Shown: one piece after another, positions 8,926 to 19,400 of the stretch
Layout of the letters: every line of letters begins with the position of its first letter
How positions within the stretch are numbered: the first letter of the stretch is position 1
DNA from: Candidatus Izemoplasmatales bacterium
Lineage (GTDB): Bacteria > Bacillota_I > Bacilli_A > Izemoplasmatales > Hujiaoplasmataceae
DNA: 64,000 nt
Assembly: GCA_050177605.1 (NCBI GenBank)
Contig: JBFXGX010000002.1
Location: forward strand, 1-64,000
Direction of reading: 5' to 3'
The notes under the pieces: model-generated
Databases searched by the model: none
Told to the model about the DNA's origin: nothing
Seen by the model: the letters and a program-made list of their open reading frames with translations, nothing else
Position numbers and translations under genes: made by a program

Positions 8926-11022
8926 ATGGACACAAGAACCTTTTATCCTTATTTAGATAATTTTGATGAACTCACAATTATCGTACCACTCAAGCATTAC
9001 CGCGATAACAATACTTATAAACTTCTTGGAAACGATGAAGAAATCGAACTCAAAGTATTTCAAAAAGTGAATCTAGGCAGCGAAGTCAAACTCATCTGCT
9101 CTTTTGATGCCTATATTGATTTAGGGAAAAAGTATTGCGTACAGAATGAAGAAGAGGAGAAATCTGAACTTTATACTGGAAAGATTGTCAGAACAGAACT
9201 ATTTGATAACATCTACAATTACAAGAAAAGTGATTTAGGTTTTACGTATACAAGTGAATCAACCAAATTTAAAATTTGGACTCCAGTCGCAAAATATGTT
9301 CATCTTGAATTGGTAGATTTAAATGGAATCACGGAAATTCATGATTTGTTATATACTAATTCAGGGGTTTGGCGTATCTTAATTGATGGTGATCTTGATG
9401 GATATAAATATCGATATCATGTCTACGTTAATGGAAAAGAACATATTGTTACGGATCCTTATGCAATCGCTTCTACACCTTTGAGTGAATTCAGCGTGGT
9501 AATCGATAAATCGAAAACGTATCAAATGAAACATCACTTCCATTTTAGTGGTGAATTACAAGATGCGATTATCTATGAAGCAAGTGTTCGCGATTTTTCT
9601 ATCGATGAAAGTGTTCCTTTTAAAAACCGTGGAAAGTTTATAAGTTTCACAGAAACCGGACTCAAAACTTTAGCAGGGAACCCTGCGGGACTAGATTATC
9701 TCGTTGAACTTGGGATTACCCATGTTCAATTAATGCCTATTTTTGATTTTGATGGCGTTGACGAATTTGATGTTCATGGGTCATATAATTGGGGATACAA
9801 TCCACGTCAATTCAATGTTCCACAAGGATGGTTTAGTACAAACCCTGCGGATCCATATAATCGAATCAATGATTTAAAAATGATGGTTGATACACTTCAT
9901 TCAAAAGGAATTGGAGTGATTATGGATGTCGTCTACAATCATGTCTATAATCCAACCAATTTTCCAATTGAACGACTCGTTCCTGGTTATCTATACCATG
10001 TCGATAGACAAGGAATCTATACTTCCGTAAGCGGATGTGGTAATGATTTAGCAACCCACCGAAAAATGGTTAGAAAACTAATTTTAGACTCTGTCCTCTT
10101 TTGGGTGAATGAATACAAAATCGATGGATTCCGTTTTGACTTAATGGGACTCATTGATTTTGAAACAATGAATGAGATTCGTCAAGAATTACACTCCATC
10201 AGTAAGCATTTAGTCGTTTATGGTGAAGGATGGAAGATGTACTCTTCGAACCAAGCAGATCGTATGGCGCATATGAGTAACAAAAACGTTATTCATACCA
10301 TTGGATTCTTTAATGATTCGTTTAGAGAAACCATTAAAGGGGCAACCTTCGATTTAAAAGTACCAGGATTTGTTTTCGGTAATACGACAAAATCAGAACA
10401 AGTCAAACAATTATTACTGGGTAGCGCATATAACCGTTTTATGTTTAAATATGCGAACCAATCAATCAATTACGTAGAATGCCATGATAACAACACTTTT
10501 TATGACAAAGGGTTAATGATTTCAAAAGATCCAAAAGTCATTGAAAGCGCCGCAAAACTTGCCCTTTCGATGGTGTTACTATCTGAAGGTGTGCCTTTCA
10601 TCCACGCGGGTCAAGAATTCTACCGTACAAAAAAAGGTGTAGAAAACTCTTATATATCAAGTGATGAAATCAACCTCTTTGATTGGTCGTTACTTGATAA
10701 ACATTATGATGATGTAACCTATATACAGAAGCTTATCGCATTTAGAAAAAACCACGCCTTACTTCATCTAAAATCCAGTTCTGACATGAACAGTCATGTT
10801 GAAGTGATTGAACTTCAAAGCAAATCAATGATGATGAATCTTACCAATGGTGAACAAATCATTATCATCTTCAAACCAATTGCCGAAGAAGAAACAATTT
10901 GTCTACCAGTTGGATATGCACTAGAACTTTCTTCAACTGATCAAGTAACGAAAGTAGAAGATTCGTTTGTCATTCATGAAGTAGGTACGTATATATTTGT
11001 TAAGGGAAGTGAAAATGCATGA
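8926..11022 (+). CDS. pulA: type I pullulanase (GH13)
   Basis: YNWGYNP, DVVYNH, GFRFDLMG, YGEGW, YVECHDN; no signal peptide. Confidence 0.93.
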   Translation: MDTRTFYPYLDNFDELTIIVPLKHYRDNNTYKLLGNDEEIELKVFQKVNLGSEVKLICSFDAYIDLGKKYCVQNEEEEKSELYTGKIVRTELFDNIYNYKKSDLGFTYTSESTKFKIWTPVAKYVHLELVDLNGITEIHDLLYTNSGVWRILIDGDLDGYKYRYHVYVNGKEHIVTDPYAIASTPLSEFSVVIDKSKTYQMKHHFHFSGELQDAIIYEASVRDFSIDESVPFKNRGKFISFTETGLKTLAGNPAGLDYLVELGITHVQLMPIFDFDGVDEFDVHGSYNWGYNPRQFNVPQGWFSTNPADPYNRINDLKMMVDTLHSKGIGVIMDVVYNHVYNPTNFPIERLVPGYLYHVDRQGIYTSVSGCGNDLATHRKMVRKLILDSVLFWVNEYKIDGFRFDLMGLIDFETMNEIRQELHSISKHLVVYGEGWKMYSSNQADRMAHMSNKNVIHTIGFFNDSFRETIKGATFDLKVPGFVFGNTTKSEQVKQLLLGSAYNRFMFKYANQSINYVECHDNNTFYDKGLMISKDPKVIESAAKLALSMVLLSEGVPFIHAGQEFYRTKKGVENSYISSDEINLFDWSLLDKHYDDVTYIQKLIAFRKNHALLHLKSSSDMNSHVEVIELQSKSMMMNLTNGEQIIIIFKPIAEEETICLPVGYALELSSTDQVTKVEDSFVIHEVGTYIFVKGSENA

Positions 11023-11948
11023 ATTTTGAAATCGGAGAAAAATTCAATTTCTACGGAAAAGTAGAACAAATCAATAATTCCAGCTATGATACATTTGCAT
11101 GTAATGTCTTAAGTCAAGATAAGGAAGTATTGATTGTGAGAATCAAAGAGGGCGAAGATGTCAGTTTAAATAAAATCTATTATTTTGAAACGGAAGCCAT
11201 TCTTTTCAAAGAAAAAATTCATTTACTCGCGAGTAAAGTAACGATTATCGGAGAACTCGATCTCGATGATGATTTAAAAGAAAAATTAATGCGAGCATTT
11301 TATGAATACGCTCCTATGAAACTTTCGGACATTCGTGCTGGTGTGGAGGCTCATCTAAATCAAATTGAAAATGTAGTGATTAAGAAAATCGTTGATCATA
11401 TTTATAAACAATATGGAAATGACTTCTATCTCTATCCTGCCGCAACGAAGTTCCATCATGCTTATATTTCTGGACTATCCTATCATAGTTTATCGATGAT
11501 GAGACTTGCGGATGGATTCTTCCCAGTGTATCCATTTCTAAATAAGGATTTAGTGTATGCTGGAATCTTTTTACACGATGTATGCAAAATCCTTGAGTTT
11601 GATTCTTATGAAGGTAGTGAATATACATTACGCGGCAGACTCGTTGGCCATATTACAATGGGTGCGTCTTTGATTCATTCTGTCGCGAAAGAACTAGGCG
11701 TTGAAAACGAAGAAGAAGTAATGTTACTAGAACATATCATTATTTCGCATCACTACTATGGAAACTTTGGTTCTCCAAAGAAGCCAAACATCGCGGAAGC
11801 ACTAATTATTCATTTTATTGACAATATCGATTCTAAAGTTAATGAACTGGGAGAAGAACTAGAACTTGTAAAAATTGGCGATTTAACAGGACCTATTGGG
11901 GTCCTGGAAAGAGAACGTTATTACAAACATAAATTATCTAAAAATTAG
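11019..11948 (+). CDS. yhaM: YhaM-like HD-domain 3'-5' exoribonuclease
   Basis: PAA..FHHAY..GL..H, LHD..K, GHI, SHH, HFIDNIDS. Confidence 0.85.
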   Translation: MNFEIGEKFNFYGKVEQINNSSYDTFACNVLSQDKEVLIVRIKEGEDVSLNKIYYFETEAILFKEKIHLLASKVTIIGELDLDDDLKEKLMRAFYEYAPMKLSDIRAGVEAHLNQIENVVIKKIVDHIYKQYGNDFYLYPAATKFHHAYISGLSYHSLSMMRLADGFFPVYPFLNKDLVYAGIFLHDVCKILEFDSYEGSEYTLRGRLVGHITMGASLIHSVAKELGVENEEEVMLLEHIIISHHYYGNFGSPKKPNIAEALIIHFIDNIDSKVNELGEELELVKIGDLTGPIGVLERERYYKHKLSKN

Positions 11949-11951
11949 AAC

Positions 11952-11991
11952 AAAAAAAAGGCTAGGTTTTCACCTCAGCCTTTTATTTTTT
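11952..11991. terminator. bidirectional terminator
   Basis: AAAAGGCT-AGG..CCT-C-AGCCTTTT stem between convergent genes. Confidence 0.7.
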
Positions 11992-11998
11992 GATTGAA

Positions 11999-14900
11999 TT
12001 ATTCAGTAACGAAATCTCCGTATAAAGCTTGATAGTAAACGTTCTTAACATCTGCTAGTTTCGCAAGTAATTCTTCACTCGTAAATGAGCAATAATCACT
12101 ATCACTTTGGAATGAACCAGTTGCTAAATATTCTGCCATTAATACATTTAATGTACCAACAACGTATAAGTTTTGAAGTTCAGCGTCGAAGTAGACTGTT
12201 AATGCACTTGTTACAGTCGCAGGAAGCTTCGGAACAGAAATGTTATTATCGCTTTCTACATTTCCATCCGTTAAATCATAAACCGTGTTGTAGAAGAAGT
12301 AAGTCGCATATAATTCCATTTGATCAAGAGTTGGCATATCATTTGGATTTTCTGATCCATCAGAATAATTAGGATTCGCTGCATCCGTTTCTGTGAATGC
12401 TGCAGATGGTTTTGTAAAATCATCCCCAGGTGTTACTTGAATGATGTGATATCCAAATTCTGTTGTCACAGCACCAACCATGTTTTCTAAATCAGCGTTT
12501 TGTTCTAATTGATATTCTTGATATAAATTGATTAATTCAGTTGTATATTCAGGAACATAAGTATCTTTTACGCCATAATCACCACTGTAAGTGACGGAAT
12601 GAGCATCGCCATTATCATCTGTTTGGTTTAAATCTTCCCACATTAAGTTGATTCCAGCTTGTTTGTAAACGCCCCAAGTTTCATCAGTTCTTAAAGCAGC
12701 TCTATAATCCGTAACCGCTTGTTCTAAATCGTCATAATCATCTAAGACAACTTCAAGACCAGCGATAAGTGACTCGAAACTCGTTAATTCTTCAGGAGTA
12801 AGTCCTGCAGTATAATCAAAGTAGTTATCAGGCGTACCATCTTCATTTAAGTCAACGTAAATAACAATGTGATTTACATTTAAAGAGAAGTAGTTGTCGA
12901 AATAATCTTGGACTGTCGTATATAATTGGCTCACTAAATTGTATTCGTTAATTGCTTCATCAATATAATAAGGTTGTAAAGAAGATTGTACGAAGTATGC
13001 TAATAAGTCACTTTCAGATTTCGTGCCGTATTGTGCATAAGCATAATCAGCAAAGGATGAATAAGTGAATGTCATACCATAAGTCGCATATAATTTTGCT
13101 AAATAAGCATAATAATCTTTTGCATCTTGAACTTGTTGGTACATTGCATCCATCTTCGTTGATTTATTTTTTGATAGGTCAGTTTCTGTACCATATAAAT
13201 CAGTGAAGAATGTTGAATAGATTAATTCTTTTTGTTGAGAAGCATAGACTAAGTAAAGTGATGGACTCTTGCCCATTGCATAAGTGAAAAAGTCATCTGC
13301 AGTCACAGTATACTCTGTATCTTCTGCGCCAGGACGTCCGCTCACACTAAACCATACACTCTTATCACCTTTATCGTTGATGACATAATCAGTATCAGTA
13401 CCTTGATAATCCACTTGTACATAATAATCAAATAAAGTGAAATTATATTCTTGACGTAAGGCAATCATATGATCACTTACGGTTGTATCACCATTTGTAC
13501 CATAAACTTCATCATCTACTAATTGGTTGTATAGAGTATCGTACAATGTATCATCATTTAGAATTGTTTTGAAAGAAACTTCTTCATCTGTGAAAGTTGT
13601 CACAGCTGAATTTTCTCCACTAGCTAATACCGTTACGAGGATCGTACCAGAGCGGACAACGCTGTTTGCGGTAATTGTATACGTTAAGGTTACTGCAGTA
13701 TCTTCAGAAGGTGTTGTTACAGTTCCATCGCTTGCTAATACGCTGCTGTTGGAAGAATACCAAACGATTTTAGCATCATACCATCCTGTTGTTGGAAGGG
13801 TAATATCGGTTGCAATACTGCTTGGAACTGAAATTCTTTCTTCGATATTATCAAGCATGATTTCAAATGCGTCAACTTTATCTGTTTGATGTAATTTATA
13901 AACCATATAATAGTTTGTATCGTTCGCTCCAGCGTAAGCTTTTGGAGAAACACTATAAGGTAATACATCTTCACTAGCTAAGTTTAATGTTTTGAACATA
14001 TAGGCTGCTAAACTTGTTTGTGTAGCGTAGACTTCATCATAGTTGAATGTTAAGTTTGCGTCATCTAATGCGATTAAGTCTGCAACAGTAGCATCTGTTG
14101 GTAATGTTGTACGGTATTCGCCATAAACATAGTTATACATTTCAATATATTTTGCTAAGATTTCTTCATCAGATAATTCAACTGAATTGTTTAAAGAAGC
14201 GGCAGAAACATTTTTAATATCAGTAAATACTTTGTTAACGATTAAATCGGTCGTATCCGTAACATCAACATTTAAAGTATCGAAGATTTTTCCATCACTA
14301 TTGATCGTGTAAACAACAGTTCCTTCACTATCTTTTACTTGAGCAACTTCGTTTACATCGAAATTGTCAACTTTGGATACGGTATAGTATACAGTATTTG
14401 CTTCTTTATAAGCTAAGGCAGCTTCACTTGAATCGAATAATAAGTTGTTTGCGATGACAACTTCTGTATCGATGTTTACTAAATTACCAGATTCATCTAA
14501 TTGATATTCGTTATCTGAAGAATCAGTATAACCGGCTGCTTCTGAATCGTAAGTATAGATAATTGTGCCACTTGTATTTAAGATGTTGTTAGATTCATCA
14601 AAATAATAAGGAGTTACGGTAGTATAAGCTTCAACGACTGCATCATTGTTGTCAAGCAGTGATTCACTAGTAAAGATGTAACCTGAATATTCTCTTAATG
14701 TTGATAAGTTATAAGTTAATAAATTAAATTTTTTCATTACATCAGTTGCATCAGCAGAACTTGTGAAACGAATTCTGATTGCTTGAATATCTTGGAAATA
14801 GTTATTTACATATTCACTTGCTACATTCAAATCAGTGATTTCTTGATTGAAATCGATGATATATCTTGTATAAATTTCTCTTGCAAGGATAACTGATGCA

Positions 14901-15337
14901 AACTCAGCTTCGTTATCAACATAACCAGCAAGGATCATGCTTTGTTCATAAGCTTGTTCGTAAGAAGTTTTTGTGTCAGCATCTAGTGCAGCAATTTCAT
15001 CTGCATTTGATGTGCCATATTTTAGTTCTAAGATTTTGTTTTGGATTTGTTCATCGGTAAGTCCATCAAGGTAAGTCGTTAATAAATAAGCATCTACCAA
15101 TAATAAAGATTGGTCTACGCCATCATTGCCTTTGATTTGTTCGAATAATTCTTGGTTCGTTATTTGATAAACAACGTCCCCATTAGCGTCTAATCTTTCA
15201 TAAAAAACACCATCAGGATTACTTAAAGATGGGTATTTTGTGTTCCCAGTCAAAAAGGCTAATAAAACGAATGTTACTACAATCGTTAATAAGACCGAGA
15301 AGATGACGATAATTTTCTTTGTAGATACGGTTTTCAT
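11999..15337 (-). CDS. giant membrane-anchored tandem PrsA/parvulin-like protein with inserted Ig-like domain
   Basis: N-terminal TM; VNHIVI and TEFGYHII parvulin-like motifs; DITLPT..IVWYSSN..DGTVT Ig-like insert; paralog at 56720. Confidence 0.6.
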   Translation of the reverse strand: MKTVSTKKIIVIFSVLLTIVVTFVLLAFLTGNTKYPSLSNPDGVFYERLDANGDVVYQITNQELFEQIKGNDGVDQSLLLVDAYLLTTYLDGLTDEQIQNKILELKYGTSNADEIAALDADTKTSYEQAYEQSMILAGYVDNEAEFASVILAREIYTRYIIDFNQEITDLNVASEYVNNYFQDIQAIRIRFTSSADATDVMKKFNLLTYNLSTLREYSGYIFTSESLLDNNDAVVEAYTTVTPYYFDESNNILNTSGTIIYTYDSEAAGYTDSSDNEYQLDESGNLVNIDTEVVIANNLLFDSSEAALAYKEANTVYYTVSKVDNFDVNEVAQVKDSEGTVVYTINSDGKIFDTLNVDVTDTTDLIVNKVFTDIKNVSAASLNNSVELSDEEILAKYIEMYNYVYGEYRTTLPTDATVADLIALDDANLTFNYDEVYATQTSLAAYMFKTLNLASEDVLPYSVSPKAYAGANDTNYYMVYKLHQTDKVDAFEIMLDNIEERISVPSSIATDITLPTTGWYDAKIVWYSSNSSVLASDGTVTTPSEDTAVTLTYTITANSVVRSGTILVTVLASGENSAVTTFTDEEVSFKTILNDDTLYDTLYNQLVDDEVYGTNGDTTVSDHMIALRQEYNFTLFDYYVQVDYQGTDTDYVINDKGDKSVWFSVSGRPGAEDTEYTVTADDFFTYAMGKSPSLYLVYASQQKELIYSTFFTDLYGTETDLSKNKSTKMDAMYQQVQDAKDYYAYLAKLYATYGMTFTYSSFADYAYAQYGTKSESDLLAYFVQSSLQPYYIDEAINEYNLVSQLYTTVQDYFDNYFSLNVNHIVIYVDLNEDGTPDNYFDYTAGLTPEELTSFESLIAGLEVVLDDYDDLEQAVTDYRAALRTDETWGVYKQAGINLMWEDLNQTDDNGDAHSVTYSGDYGVKDTYVPEYTTELINLYQEYQLEQNADLENMVGAVTTEFGYHIIQVTPGDDFTKPSAAFTETDAANPNYSDGSENPNDMPTLDQMELYATYFFYNTVYDLTDGNVESDNNISVPKLPATVTSALTVYFDAELQNLYVVGTLNVLMAEYLATGSFQSDSDYCSFTSEELLAKLADVKNVYYQALYGDFVTE

Positions 15338-15533
15338 GTGCTTCACTCCTTAATAAATTTCGCAATATCTATGATACCATTAAATGCCACTAAAAACAAC
15401 AAAAATATTGTGATTATTGTGTGTTTTATCCTATCTTTTCTAAAGAAAAAGGAGAACACTCTGCGTTTTTTTGTTATTTTGTTCGAAAACGAGGGTGTAA
15501 AATGTCAAATTCAACCAAAATGGTGAATCTTTG

Positions 15534-15562
15534 TTGACAAATGGGAGCAACAAATATATAAT
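15534..15562 (+). promoter_or_regulatory. consensus sigma-A promoter of riboswitch operon A
   Basis: TTGACA 15534-15539, 17-nt spacer, TATAAT 15557-15562. Confidence 0.9.
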
Positions 15563-15567
15563 AATCT

Positions 15568-15641
15568 TGTTAATAGCAAAACTAGTGAAAACTAGTGACG
15601 CAAAGCTATAGGGCCTTCGTAAGATGGTAGCCAGTTGCCGT
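15568..15641 (+). ncRNA. GEMM-I cyclic-dinucleotide riboswitch aptamer (c-di-GMP-I fold, A20 variant)
   Basis: GCAAA-ACTAGT-GAAA-ACTAGT-GACGCAAAGC...GGTAGC..GTTGCCG matches the class I consensus; A15575 at the G20-equivalent position. Confidence 0.92.
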
Positions 15642-15669
15642 TGTCTTTTTAAGACGAGGGCATTTTTTT
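15636..15669 (+). terminator. riboswitch-controlled intrinsic terminator
   Basis: TGCC-G-TTGTCTT/AAGACGA-G-GGCA stem plus T7; 5' arm overlaps aptamer 3' end. Confidence 0.85.
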
Positions 15670-15701
15670 ATTTCTAGGGATAAAAAAATGTTCCGCAAAA
15701 A

Positions 15702-15719
15702 AAGACGAGGGCATTTTTT
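15702..15719 (+). repeat. direct repeat of the terminator 3' arm (copy of 15651-15668)
   Basis: AAGACGAGGGCATTTTTT occurs at 15651 and 15702. Confidence 0.9.
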
Positions 15720-15758
15720 ATTTTTCAGAACTATGTTACAATAGTTTGGGGTGATAGT

Positions 15759-16442
15759 TTGACTTCTCGATCATTAAAACGACGTTTCATCCTGTCCTTG
15801 GCAATGTTGATATTCTCATTGTCTATTTTTGCATTGTCTACCTACGCATGGTTTACCTATATCAATACATCAAGTTTTTTAGGAGAAGTTGGATTTGTTT
15901 CTGTGGATATTGATGCTTATTTTGATGATGGTAATGGCGGAAGGATAGAGGCTAGTGAAGTCTCTGTCGGTCCAAGCACAACTAAAACCGGCGTTTATTC
16001 GATTAATATCATCAGTAATGCATCCACCAATTATTTTGAAGATTTTAGAATGAATGTTTTGGTATATAGTAACGTATACACCTACATCCGTGTTAAAATA
16101 TATGAACAATTGACACTTACTTATACAAACTTTGAAGGAATCGTAACTGAATTATCCATTTTGAATGATGAATACATGCCTTTTAATTACAATTTAACAG
16201 AGTGGTATGACAACCGCGATGTTGATAATTATATTTACTTCATGGTTCCTACAATGAGAATTGATGAATCAACTTCAGCGATTTTAACATTAATTACAAC
16301 TTATTTCTCCGGTCAAAATTTTTCAAATTATTCTCCGGGTTATTCATTACAAATAGCTTTTTCTGTAGAAGCAGTTCAAGCACACTTAGGCCCTGAAAAT
16401 GTTTGGGGATTAGCGACACCTCCATGGGGAGGAACTTGGTAA
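15759..16442 (+). CDS. SipW-type signal peptide protein (TasA/CalY-like minor subunit or adaptor)
   Basis: hydrophobic helix ending STYA|WFT; beta-rich; YIRVKI, NYIYF, FSVEAVQA motifs shared with 47800 protein. Confidence 0.75.
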   Translation: MTSRSLKRRFILSLAMLIFSLSIFALSTYAWFTYINTSSFLGEVGFVSVDIDAYFDDGNGGRIEASEVSVGPSTTKTGVYSINIISNASTNYFEDFRMNVLVYSNVYTYIRVKIYEQLTLTYTNFEGIVTELSILNDEYMPFNYNLTEWYDNRDVDNYIYFMVPTMRIDESTSAILTLITTYFSGQNFSNYSPGYSLQIAFSVEAVQAHLGPENVWGLATPPWGGTW

Positions 16443-16462
16443 ACTGAAAGGACGGTTTTGAT

Positions 16463-19400
16463 ATGTTATACTTACGTAAGAATATCAAATTTATGCGCTT
16501 AATTGCGTTCTTTTTGGTTTTAGTTAGTGCGCTCGCTCTAATGCCTTTCTTCGTAAATGCAGAAGGAATAACTACCGCGGATCCAACCTCTGATATCCTC
16601 GAGTTTACAGGCGATTTTACATGGGATGACACATTGAATGTAAAGACATCGACTAGCCTTTATATTACCTACACCGATTTTAGAACAAATTATTGTACAG
16701 TCTCCTCGACTGCTTCAGAATGTGCTAGTGCGGCGAACGGAAAATTCATCCGATTTGACACTGCAGAAGAACTATATCGTTTTTCAGTGGATGTATCCTA
16801 TGAACATGTATATATCTCATCTAATCCTTCAGAAAATGTGAAATTATCACAAGATAAAATTGCAGTATTGTTATCACTCAATTATGTACTTGGGAATAAT
16901 ATTGACTACTCTGTAATGGGTGCGAAAACGTTTATTCCTATCGGATATTGGTTTAGTGATGTCGATGGAATTGAACATAAAAATATCTTTACTGGTTCTT
17001 TTGACGGACAAGGTTTTGTCGTCAAAAACCTATATGTTGCAGGATATGATTATTTGGTTTATGTGGATCAAATAGATGCTGTGACGACAATTGATATCGC
17101 TTTATCAAACTATTATTCAATGTTCCCGTTCAATGGTGGGGAAATTACTGATTTTGGCCTTTATAACCCAACATTTGAATTGTTAAATTTACATATTGAT
17201 ATTACCAAAGCTTCCAATATCGTCGGTATAAACTTAAGTAGTGGTGTTGTGGATCACGTCTATGTAATCGATGATAGAACTGACGTTACTGAAGCAGGTA
17301 TTCGTTATAAGGTTGGGACTGCAACAGGTAGTTTCCAAGCTGCAGGAATTATTCATACAAATCAAGGAACTTTTACAAATGCTTATTATGTTTCGAAAGT
17401 CGTTGTCAATGGATCTTATATCAATAAATTCAGTGTTCAACCAGTCTTATATTTGAATCAAGGAACCATTTCTAATTTGGTCTATGATTCATCAGTTTAT
17501 TTATTAAATGTGACTGTAGGTACGTCAACCTTTACAGTAACCACACCAAATTCACTTGCTGTTGGAGAATCTTCTGCAACGCTTAAGTCTTCAAGTTCAT
17601 CTTTAAATACAGCAACCGATTTATGGTATTTTTACGCTAGCGATACCTACCCTTTATTACAAGGATTGGTTTATGATAACACATTACAGGCTTACTTAAT
17701 TTCCACGCCGATTGATTTAGCATTCTTCTCCCGCGTCATTGCATTTTTAACAGAGAGAAGTGGTGTGAAGTTTAGCGAAGATGATTATGTTTTAACGAAT
17801 GATATAGATATGTCCGTTTTAGCGCCTGGAGCGTACGCCACACCATCTGTTACATTCACTGGTACGTTTAGTGGCTATAACTCATCTGGTAGCGCATTAG
17901 TGGATAATTATTATATTTATAATTTGAATTTAACCAAAGGTGTTATCCGTGGAACTGGATACTATGTTGGTTTATTTAGTATTATCGGAACAAACGCAGT
18001 CGTATCGAATTTCAATATTTCTCAGTCTAGTTATACTTTAGCAACAACTGAGAGTTATTATTCCTATACTTTCTACGCAGGTAGTGTCGCAGGAAGACTC
18101 ACTACAGGAACAATTGAGGACATTATTACTGATGTAGATATTGATATGGGCACAACAGCCATCGGTAAAACTTATTTAGGTGGTGTTGCTGGTGAAGCTT
18201 CAGGATTAATCCAAAGAGTAGCAACCTATGGTTCGCTGAATATGAATTCGCATACCTATGATGTATCTTATAATGTGAATCCTAAGTTCTATATTGGTGG
18301 AAGTGTTGGTGGGGCTGATTTACTTCAACTTAAACTAAAAGATACCGTCAACTATGGAGATATTTATGGTTTTGGTACAACATCAACTTTTAACTTCGTT
18401 TCGGGGGTTACTTCAATTGAAACGAAAGTTGGCGGGGTTATTGGATACATTCTCAATACGTCAACCATCAAACATCAACTAGTAAATGTTGCTAATAATG
18501 GAGATATTTATTTAGTCTCCACAACCAACACATTGTCGATTCCTTCAACCAAACGAATTGGTGGGGTATTCGGAGAGTTATCTGGATATGCACCAGTCTT
18601 AGAATCAAGCAATGTTTATCAATTTGCAAATCTATACAATACAGGAACAATTCATGCCTATTACGAATCCGGGTCCAGTACAATTCAAGCTGCAGGAATC
18701 GGGATCTCAAATACTTCGACTGCTGTTGAATATGCTCTTTTATTTAATCATGGAACATTTGATTATGATGCGACAGGTGCTAGTTACGCTAGTCCAACAT
18801 TTAAATATACGGGCACTATTTTTGATGTTTCAAGTAGCGATGTTACTTTATCAAGAGTATATAATTATGGTAATTTAACCTATACTTCTAATTATTATAC
18901 GAATATTAATGCGCTCTATTATTCGTTAAATGATAATCAAACATTAATTCGTTTTAGTGCTAACTATGGCGATATTTCTTATATGAACAATAATGGTGCT
19001 AGCGCAATTACACTTGCGGCACCTCTCTATATTAGCGGAATTACTACTTCAAATAATGTAAACTTCCTTAACGTTGTGAATGGTGGTGAAATCGCTGTTG
19101 TCAATGTTAATAATGGCAGTCATTCTATTTATATAAGTGGAATTACAACATCACTTCAAAGCGGTTATTATATCAAAAATTCGCTCAATCAAGGCAATAT
19201 TACATTTGCAAAAATTAATGGTACTGCTAATATCTATGTTGGTGGTATTGTTGTCTCAAATTACAGTGGAGATCTTCACCTAGGAACACAGTCCACAACA
19301 CAACCTATTGCGACTGTAGGAATTATCAATACCATGAATTATGGTAATATTTCGACATCCTATGGGCTCCAAGCGCAAAACCTCTATGGAATCACTGGCT

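Noticed and set aside
15338..15526. 62-aa ORF upstream of riboswitch A
   Set aside because: No RBS, overlaps the divergent gene start and promoter region; probably spurious.
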